NCBI GenBank assembly: GCA_964016885.1
Contig: OZ024757.1
Span: 37,200,001-37,264,000 of the forward strand
Source: Eledone cirrhosa
Lineage: Eukaryota
DNA: 64,000 nt
Direction of reading: 5' to 3'
Positions 54,879 to 64,000 of this stretch are shown here, one piece after another. Position 1 is the first letter of the stretch; the number at the start of each line of letters is the position of its first letter. Position numbers and translations under genes: made by a program. A model generated the notes under the pieces. The model saw only the letters and a program-made list of their open reading frames with translations, made no database searches and was not told the origin of the DNA.

Positions 54879-55905
54879 CACATACATAGATATAACACAT
54901 ACATGTGCTACCTTCTTGTCACATACATATTTACATACATGATGGCTGCAAATTCTGCTAAGAGTACTGCAATCGCTTGTCAGATTATAGAGTTTGGTAC
55001 ACTTTTAGGCTACGGCCAGCCACACAAACCTGTAACATATCCTGAACAAACAATGCCGGTGTCTTGAAGGTTTTTTTATATACATACACACATACACTAC
55101 CTTTCTTGTCACATGCATACAAACATACATATACTCATACTTACTTACATACATATACTCGAACATACATAAACTATCTTCTTGTCACATACACACACAC
55201 ACACACTACACTCTTTTTTCTCACACACACACACACTACACTCTTTCTTCTCACACACACACACACACTACACTCTTTCTTGTCACAGTGTAAAAATGAT
55301 GCTGCTGATGATGTTCTTGTAAGTTGCAGCCACAAACACTGCTTCCTGTCAGTTTAGTAGGATCGGTTTCAGTTCTTTGTTTGCCTAACTTAACTAATTA
55401 TCATTATGACATTTACTCAGGCTGTGCCTCACCTTCCTTCTCTACGTCATATTCCTCAATTTTCTGTCCGTAAATATCACTCAATGCCTTTAATTCCCCA
55501 ATGCCTTCCTAGTCTGATTAAACCATTAAACCGTCTGCTTCATAATGTATGTATGTAAACTATATAGACTGATTATTTAGGTGGGTGTGTTGTTGTTTCC
55601 TGTGCATATATATAACAAATTTAATATAGAAATGGCTTCTACAGGACTAGAACTGTTTTATTCGAAGGAAATCATCAGGAAAGCTTTATTGATGATTTCC
55701 TTCGAATGAAACAGCTCTAGTCCTGTAGAAGCCATTTCTATATTAAATTCGTTATATATATATAGTAATAATAATAAATGTGAAGACTAAAATCAGTTTA
55801 GTAGGATAGGCTTCAGTTCCTTGTTTGCCTAACTTAACTATCATTATGACATTCACTCAGTTAAGGGTGAAAGCAGCGATTCTTTGCTTAAACTTTAATC
55901 TGTTA

Positions 55906-55960
<55 letters not shown>

Positions 55961-56048
55961 CCAAAGATTAATATGGTTCATTGATTACTCAATGAATACA
56001 GTTTTACAATAGATTAAAAGCATTCAACAGAAAAAGATTTCCTGGAGT

Positions 56049-56173
56049 TTTAACAAATGAAGATATTCACATAATCAAAATATATGCTTTATTATATATA
56101 TAATAAAGCATATATAATAAAGCATATATAATAAAGCATATATTTTGATTATGTGAATATCTTCATTTGTTAA
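56049..56173. repeat. Palindrome with a short internal tandem repeat
   Basis: ttaacaaatgaagatattcacataatcaaaatatatgcttt and its reverse complement; tataataaagcata repeated three times. Confidence 0.85.
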
Positions 56174-56184
56174 TATTTTGAATA

Positions 56185-56235
<51 letters not shown>

Positions 56236-56276
56236 CGAAACATAAGTCAATTGCATCAACTCATAATCCTTTATTT

Positions 56277-56332
56277 ACTGCTATATATATTTCGATGATA
56301 GTCATTGAATGGCTATGACCTCATCAGGCAGT
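56277..56332 (-). ncRNA. Type I minimal hammerhead ribozyme motif (best-formed copy)
   Basis: Minus strand: ACTGC-CTGATGA-[GGTCATAGCCATTCAATGACTATCATC]-GAAA-TATATA-TA-GCAGT-AAATAAA. The G10.1-C11.1 pair is intact. Confidence 0.82.
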
Positions 56333-57118
56333 TAGTCAGTTCTTAGATATGCCAGCTCTGTGTTTATGGTGTTGATGGTATCAGAGCCTTGGAACATATT
56401 GACTTATGTTTCGTCACTATTATAACTCCGGAACTTATATCTTCGTTGAGTGCTCCTTATCAGCATACTGAAGTACTGGATTTTACCAACACTTACTTTC
56501 TATATATAGAAGTAGTTCCACAACAGTTAGTTCACCATACCAAGAACAAATGTTTCACCTTATTTGGATCCTCAAGCTGAGGATCCATTTGTGGAACTGG
56601 TGTGGAACTACTACCAAACTCGTCCCATGGTCTGAGTGCTCTACTACTATGGATTTAACCCATCAATGTTCTACTATTACATATATGTATATATATGTAC
56701 AAGAAACAACAATACACCCACATGGAAACGATTTCATAACTTTGAAGTTATGAACTGTTGGAAACGAATTCTAACATGTTAGGATGTGTTATCTCATCCA
56801 CGGCACTGACGAGGTTAATGATCCAGCCACCATAGTGTTTCTCACCCATGATAATCAAAGACAGATCATACACATGAAGCACTTTCATTTTTCATTCTCT
56901 GACGCAAGCTTATCTGACTTTAATAGAAAGAGTTCCTAGTTCAAGTCCAAATGGTGCCTCTGCTTCAAGTGGCTGGCGCCCGTGTCACATTCCAGATTTG
57001 CCATACAGTCAATTATTTTGTGTCACTTTGTCTTAATGTTATCATGAATTCTTAATGAAATTGCAGTTATTTTAATAATTTTTTTTTCTAATTTTTTTCT
57101 CTTTTCTTTCTCGCATAG

Positions 57119-57289
57119 ACGAACAACAAAGGTACAAATACAGCCCAAGATCTGGACTGCACGAAGACAAACGGCCGACTGGACAATGAGCTAGTGACCA
57201 AACATGACATGATCAGCTACCAGTCTCCAGATGGTCGTATAAACAACCGCTTACCACCTATAAATGGTGAGATTTCCACATTAGTTTAA
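57119..57289 (+). CDS. ZDHHC14: ZDHHC14-like probable terminal coding exon ending ...GEISTLV*
   Basis: Long pyrimidine tract and catAG acceptor; phase-0 open frame TNNKGTNTAQDLDCTKTNGRLDNELVTKHDMISYQSPDGRINNRLPPINGEISTLV-stop. An internal GTGAGA donor at 57267 is an alternative end. Confidence 0.78.
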   Translation, partial: TNNKGTNTAQDLDCTKTNGRLDNELVTKHDMISYQSPDGRINNRLPPINGEISTLV

Positions 57290-57781
57290 AATGAAGAGGT
57301 GAAGGAGATATATATATATATATATACCTACACACATGCACATAAACACACGCTCACAGACAAACAAGCAGACACATTAACACACACACACATATATATG
57401 TGTGTATGTATACATATATGTATATATATATACATATATATACTATATTATATACTATATATATATATACTATATTATATACTATATATATATACTATAC
57501 TATATACTATATATATATATAGTATATAAGCCTATGTATATATATGTGTGTGGGTGTATTTATATATATGAGTAAAGGCCGATATATATATATATACACA
57601 CACATGAAAACATGCATTTATATATATATATATATATATATATATGCATACACACACACAAATATACACACATATATGCATATCTATCTATTTATCCATA
57701 CCTATTCTTGTATCAATATAGTTTTATAAAGGTCAGGTCAGTGGCCTTATTACATTGTATGCTGAAAGTGTCTGATAAGCG

Positions 57782-57824
<43 letters not shown>

Positions 57825-57892
57825 AATACATGTGTATATATAGATGTGTGTGTGTGTATATATATATAAATATACATACACATATGCATATC

Positions 57893-57939
<47 letters not shown>

Positions 57940-57971
57940 GTGTACATGTGTTAATGTAAATATATATAAAT

Positions 57972-58012
<41 letters not shown>

Positions 58013-58171
58013 ACTTTCCTGCTGTTCAAGAGGTCATGTGGCACACATTCACTGACCCTTTGCCTTTCATACTTATGAGGTTGATAAAAAAGTACCAGTC
58101 TAGTACTGGGGTTGATTCTTCTTCTATATCTCTTTCAAATTTCCTCTCTCTCACTTTCCATCTTTCTCTGG

Positions 58172-59425
58172 AAGAAATCTGCTGTACTCAGGCCTGGAGA
58201 GGGGTGGGCCCCACCAGGCTTACAATGCCCAAGAAATCTGCTGTAATCAGACCTGGAGAGGGGTGGGCCCCACCAGGCTTAAAATGCCCAAGAAATCTGC
58301 TGTAATCAGACCTGGAGAGGGGTGGGCCCCACCAGGCTTAAAATGCCTAAGAAATCTGCTGTACTCAGGCCTGAAGAGGGATGGGCTTCACCAGGCTTAA
58401 AATGCCCAAGAAATCTGCTGTACTCAGGCCTGGAGAGGGGTGGGCCCCACCAGGCTTAAAATGCCCAAGAAATCTGCTGTACTCAGGCCTGGAGAGGGGT
58501 GGGCTTCACCAGGCTTAAAATGCCCAAGAAATCTGCTGTACTCAGGCCTGGAGAGGGGTGGGCTTCCCCAGGCTTAAAATGCCCAAGAAATCTGCTGTAC
58601 TCAGGCCTAGAGAGGGATGGGCTTCACCAGGCTTAAAATGCCCAAGAAATCTGCTGTACTCAGGCCTGGAGAGGGATGGGCTTCACCAGGCTTAAAATGC
58701 CCAATAAATCTGCTGTACTCAGGCCTGGAGAGGGGTGGGCCCCACCAGGCTTAAAATGCCCAAGAAATCTGCTGTACTCAGGCCTGGAGAGGGGTGGGCT
58801 TCACCAGGCTTAAAATGCCCAAGAAATCTGCTGTACTCAGGCCTAGAGAGGGGTGGGCTTCACCAGGCTTAAAATGCCCAAGAAATCTGCTGTACTCAGG
58901 CCTGGAGAGGGGTGGGCTTCACCAGGCTTAAAATGCCCAAGAAATCTGCTGTACTCAGGCCTAGAGAGGGGTGGGCTTCACCAGGCTTAAAATGCCCAAG
59001 AAATCTGCTGTACTCAGGCCTAGAGAGGGGTGGGCTTCACCAGGCTTAAAATGCCCAAGAAATCTGCTGTACTCAGGCCTAGAGAGGGATGGGCTTCACT
59101 AGGCTTAAAATGCCCAAGAAATCTGCTGTACTCAGGCCTGGAGAGGGGTGGGCTTCACCAGGCTTAAAATGCCCAAGAAATCTGCTGTACTCAGGCCTGG
59201 AGAGGGGTGGGCTTCACCAGGCTTAAAATGCCCAAGAAATCTGCTGTACTCAGGCCTAGAGAGGGGTGGGCTTCACCAGGCTTAAAATGCCCAAGAAATC
59301 TGCTGTACTCAGGCCTAGAGAGGGGTGGGCTTCACCAGGCTTAAAATGCCCAAGAAATCTGCTGTACTCAGGCCTAGAGAGGGATGGGCTTCACTAGGCT
59401 TAAAATGCCCAAGAAATCTGCTGTA
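58172..59425. repeat. 59-bp GC-rich minisatellite, about 21 copies
   Basis: Unit aagaaatctgctgtactcaggcctggagaggggtgggcttcaccaggcttaaaatgccc. Confidence 0.95.
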
Positions 59426-59613
59426 TGTCAATACGCCAATGTCACCATATATATAGGAAATTGTTCAAGACCCCAATGGTAGAGCTCAAGCCGTTTTGGT
59501 GGCTATTTCTGGACGGCTATTTATGTCCAGAAATAACCGTCGAAACGGCTTGAGCTCTGCCGTCGGGGTCTTAAACAATTTCCTATTACCCACTCTACTA
59601 CCCTAAGTATTGA

Positions 59614-59650
<37 letters not shown>

Positions 59651-59977
59651 CGTGTGTGTGTCTGTGCATATATATGTATTTGTATGTATAAGTGTGTATG
59701 TATATATGTACAAGTGTATATAAATATACTGATATCTATGTATTGATCTTGTGAATTTCTTTCTTTTCTCCTGTATAATCTACAGATGGTTGTATGTATA
59801 GTTCAATTTACTTGTTCTTTCTCAGATTTTCTTCTTATATATCTTATATATATCTTATATATATATATATATATGTGTGTGAATATATATGTATATGTGT
59901 ATATATCTATATATCTATATATATGTATGTATCTATATATATGTATATATATACTTATATTTATATACATATGTATG

Positions 59978-60045
<68 letters not shown>

Positions 60046-60196
60046 CTTATATTTATATACATATGTATATATGTGTATATAAATATATATATATCTATCT
60101 CTCTCTCTCTATTTATGTATGTATCTATATATATATGTAATATATGTACTTATATGTATATACATATGTATGTATATATATATGTGTATATAAATG

Positions 60197-60237
<41 letters not shown>

Positions 60238-60585
60238 ATATATTCTTTCTTTATATATATTATATTATTTCCTCTTATGTTTTATTGATTCCCAGTCAGT
60301 CTTCTTCTCCATTTTCTGCTTGAAGATAATTGCAAAAATATTTGATTCTCCTTCAACAAGTTATCACTGCTTTAGACAGAGTTATACACATAAGTGTATG
60401 TATGTTATATATATATATATACATATATACATACATATGTATGTATACACTCTGTTGAAACCAAGTGATTCTTGTTCTGCTTCCTCTGCCATTGTATATC
60501 TAAGAACTACATATTGAAACAGCCACATATGTTACCACCTATATGTTTATAAATGTGTATATTTATTTATATATATATATATATT

Positions 60586-60645
<60 letters not shown>

Positions 60646-60689
60646 ATAGAACTTGCAGTTTCTACATTAGAAAAAAATGTAGAGATTCT

Positions 60690-61450
60690 ATCCTTAAAAC
60701 ACCTGAGAAACCCCCAGCTACATATGTAAGTGTGAGCTGTAACAAGAACAACATCTGAGCCCCTATCATTAAAACACCTGAGAAACCTCCTATGAGAAGC
60801 AGCTTTGTAGGAGACCAGCTGAACCTATATAGTTGTGAACTGTAACCAAAACAACTTCGGGGCTCCCCCTCATTAAAACACTTGAGAAACCTATTGAATA
60901 TAACCCCCGTATGAGACGAGTTACATCTATATTGTTAGCTGTCACAAGAACTACATCGGGCCCCATGTCATTAAAATATCTGGGAAACCTACTATGAGAT
61001 GCAGCCTTGTAAGAGACCAAGTGTGAGCTGTCACAAGAACTACATCGGGCCCCATGTCATTAAAATACCTGGGAAACCTACTATGAGATGCAGCCTTGTA
61101 AGAGACCAAGTGTGAGCTGTCACAAGAACTACATCGGGCCCCATGTCATTAAAATACCTGGGAAACCTACTATGAGATGCAGCCTTGTAAGAGACCAAGT
61201 GTGAGCTGTCACAAGAACTACATCGGGCCCCATGTCATTAAAATACCTGGGAAACCTACTATGAGATGCAGCCTTGTAAGAGACCAAGTGTGAGCTGTCA
61301 CAAGAACTACATCGGGTCCCATGTCATTAAAATACCTGGGAAACCTCCCTTGTGATACAGCCATGTAAGAGACCAGCTACATCTACATACATGTGAGCTG
61401 TCACAAGAACTACATCGGTGTCCATATCATTAAAACCTGAGAAACCTCCT
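60690..61450. repeat. 89-bp minisatellite with diverged flanking copies
   Basis: gtgtgagctgtcacaagaactacatcgggccccatgtcattaaaatacctgggaaacc... at 61021, 61110, 61199 and 61288. Confidence 0.9.
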
Positions 61451-62725
61451 ATGAAATACAGTCACATAAAAAAAACACCTAAAACTGCTGAAATGTGATC
61501 TCTAAATGTCTTTCTTCTCTTTCGATTGGTAAATTGTGTGTGTTTCAATATGTTTTTCTCTCTTTTTAGTTTCAAAAACAAATCAAAACAGTATCTAAGC
61601 CAATTGTCTTTGTGTAGAATTCATTTTAACATTCAATATTTCATTTTTTTTTTTTTTCGTCTGTATATCAGTGGAATGGGTCTGCATATCATTATTATTA
61701 TCTGCATATAATTATTATTATCTGCATATCATTATTATTATCTGCATATCATTATTATTATCAAGGGCGGTGGATTGGCAGTATCGGTAGAGGGTCGACG
61801 CCATGCTTTGCAGCACAGTTACGTCCCTTTACGGATTGCGTTCAAATCCCGCCAAGGTTAACTTTGCCTTTCATCCTTACGGGGTCGATAAAATAAAGTA
61901 CCAGTAATACACTGGGATAATTGCTGGCCTTGTGCCAAAAGTAGAAACAATTATTATTGAACAGTGACAATTTATTGAATTTTATTTCAAAACAGCATGA
62001 TCAATTTCTTAAGTTCCTGGATGTTTTTTTTTTCTGCCATGTTGGTTCCATAGTTGAATATTACAAGTGGACACTTATTGGAGCAGAGAATGTTAATTTA
62101 AAACAATAAAGAAAAATTGCTGTCTGCATGTGTGAGTGAGTGTGTATGTATGAGTGAGTGAGTGTATTTATGTGCGTATTTTTGTTTGTATATATATATA
62201 TATATATATGTGTGAGCAGGTGTGCATGCGCATATGTGTGTATATATGTTTGTACGTATGTATATATATATATATCTGTGTGTATATTTGTATGTGTTTG
62301 TATGTATATATATCTGTGTGTATATATATATATATGTGTGCGTGTGAGTATATGTATATATATATATGTGTGTGTGTGTGTGTATATGTATATATATATA
62401 TATATGCGTGTATATATATATATATACAATCATATATATATACATATACACATACACACACACACACACATATGTACATATATTGGGTGATTACTGATTA
62501 ATCAACCTTCTAACTACCTGTAATGTAATTATGACTTGTGATATGAAAATGTGTGTTATAATTAAATGTACCTGATGAGCTACTTTTTGACAGAACGTAT
62601 CATGACAAATTTAGACCAACTTTAGCTGTAGCTTTCTATGTCTTGCTGTCATTGAACCGTCTTATTCAACAACCCAAACCTCTCTACACAAAACATATCA
62701 CAATAAATCCCTACATAAATCCCTG

Positions 62726-62789
<64 letters not shown>

Positions 62790-62860
62790 TAAGTTTTTCT
62801 GAAGAAACAGCAAAGGAAAAAAGAGTGCTCTATATATAAAACAGAGCTATTTAATAAGCC

Positions 62861-62928
62861 CTCTATCTGATGAGCGAACTAGACGTATGTTAACATTGTC
62901 TAGGGTCCTGAAACCTTTGGTAATGTAG
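62861..62928 (+). ncRNA. Type I hammerhead motif
   Basis: CTCTAT-CTGATGA-[GCGAACTAGAC...GTCTAGGGTCCT]-GAAA-CCTTTGG-TA-ATGTAG; same family as 4161-4228. Confidence 0.68.
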
Positions 62929-63239
62929 TAGTTATATTGTTGTTCACTCTCTAATTATATATATATATATATTCAATTTTAATGCTCTGCTACCTGAACT
63001 GTCCTGAACAAATATCGATGACCTAACCTTTAGTACGGTGGAAATTATTATGAATTGCTTCCCTTGATACTGCATTATATACTAAGGATGACTCTATTGG
63101 CGCCTTATGTCGCCTAGAGCATGCTAAAGGTTAATCATTTGTTTTAAACTCCTAATGAACCAAGGACTGTAATGTGTGTAGAGCTTCTCTCACCCTTACC
63201 TTAGATAATAGTGTAGTACTACACTGTAATCACATATTC

Positions 63240-63629
<390 letters not shown>

Positions 63630-64000
63630 GTATAGTTCTCTCTGTATATATAAACAAAAATTATATATATATTTAATATTTTATTTATTCTTTGAATTAT
63701 AGTTGTCCGGCTGCTTCCTCTTTGTACCTGAAGTCTCCAATGAGACCTGAGGTGTCCTCAGAAGCCGGGCAGCTGACTTCCAATTGGATTGATAGTAGCT
63801 TATCTGAGGAAGGGGCTCCATGAGGTCGGGGTGCCTGTTGCAGTGGGAGTCACTGGCCATTGGCTGCAGAACGCAGCCAAAACACCGCTCTAACCTAGGT
63901 GTAGAGAGAGTCAATCTCCACCCATCCCTCTTTCTTCCTTCCTTTGTCTAATAGTCTTTGTTCTTTCCCTCCTTTTCCTTTCATTTATGGCATTTATAGT

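Noticed and set aside
56741-56820. C/D snoRNA-like segment repeated at 38247, 38456 and 56741
   Set aside because: No proper C box or terminal stem; the 38456 and 56741 copies end at GTTAA, more consistent with the end of another TTAA-type MITE.
56927-57040. Extra exon after taatAG in unique sequence
   Set aside because: No convincing donor in the phase needed and no family similarity.
58172-59425. CRISPR-like array of hairpin repeats
   Set aside because: No unique spacers, eukaryotic context and no cas genes.
1784-62501. Numerous YI/HT/CV-rich, poly-Thr and poly-His ORFs
   Set aside because: Translations of TA, CA, TG, ACC and GAT microsatellites.

Overview
AT-rich, microsatellite-dense animal genomic DNA. 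The SINE/RTE/MITE repertoire suggests an octopus or other cephalopod (inference). The window holds most of one + strand gene, a ZDHHC14/18 (approximated-like) DHHC palmitoyltransferase; exon numbers follow my recollection of vertebrate ZDHHC14 and exon 1 lies upstream of the window. Exons: 20803-20963, 29707-29865, 38560-38697, 41079-41127, then two paralogous 103-nt exons (45999-46101 and 53247-53349), then 53845-53954, 54598-54736 and 57119-57289. The main observation is that exon 5 is followed by a minor-spliceosome AT-AC donor (ATATCCTTT), and both duplicated exons have a U12 branch point plus AC acceptor but a U2 GT donor. The pair should therefore be mutually exclusive through spliceosome incompatibility, swapping TM4 and the TTxE region of the enzyme. 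The introns also carry many minimal type I hammerhead ribozyme motifs in palindromic Penelope-like remnants, a TTAA piggyBac-type MITE family that repeatedly seeds minisatellites, tRNA-derived SINEs, RTE LINE 3' fragments and many tandem repeats. Nearly all listed ORFs are repeat artefacts.
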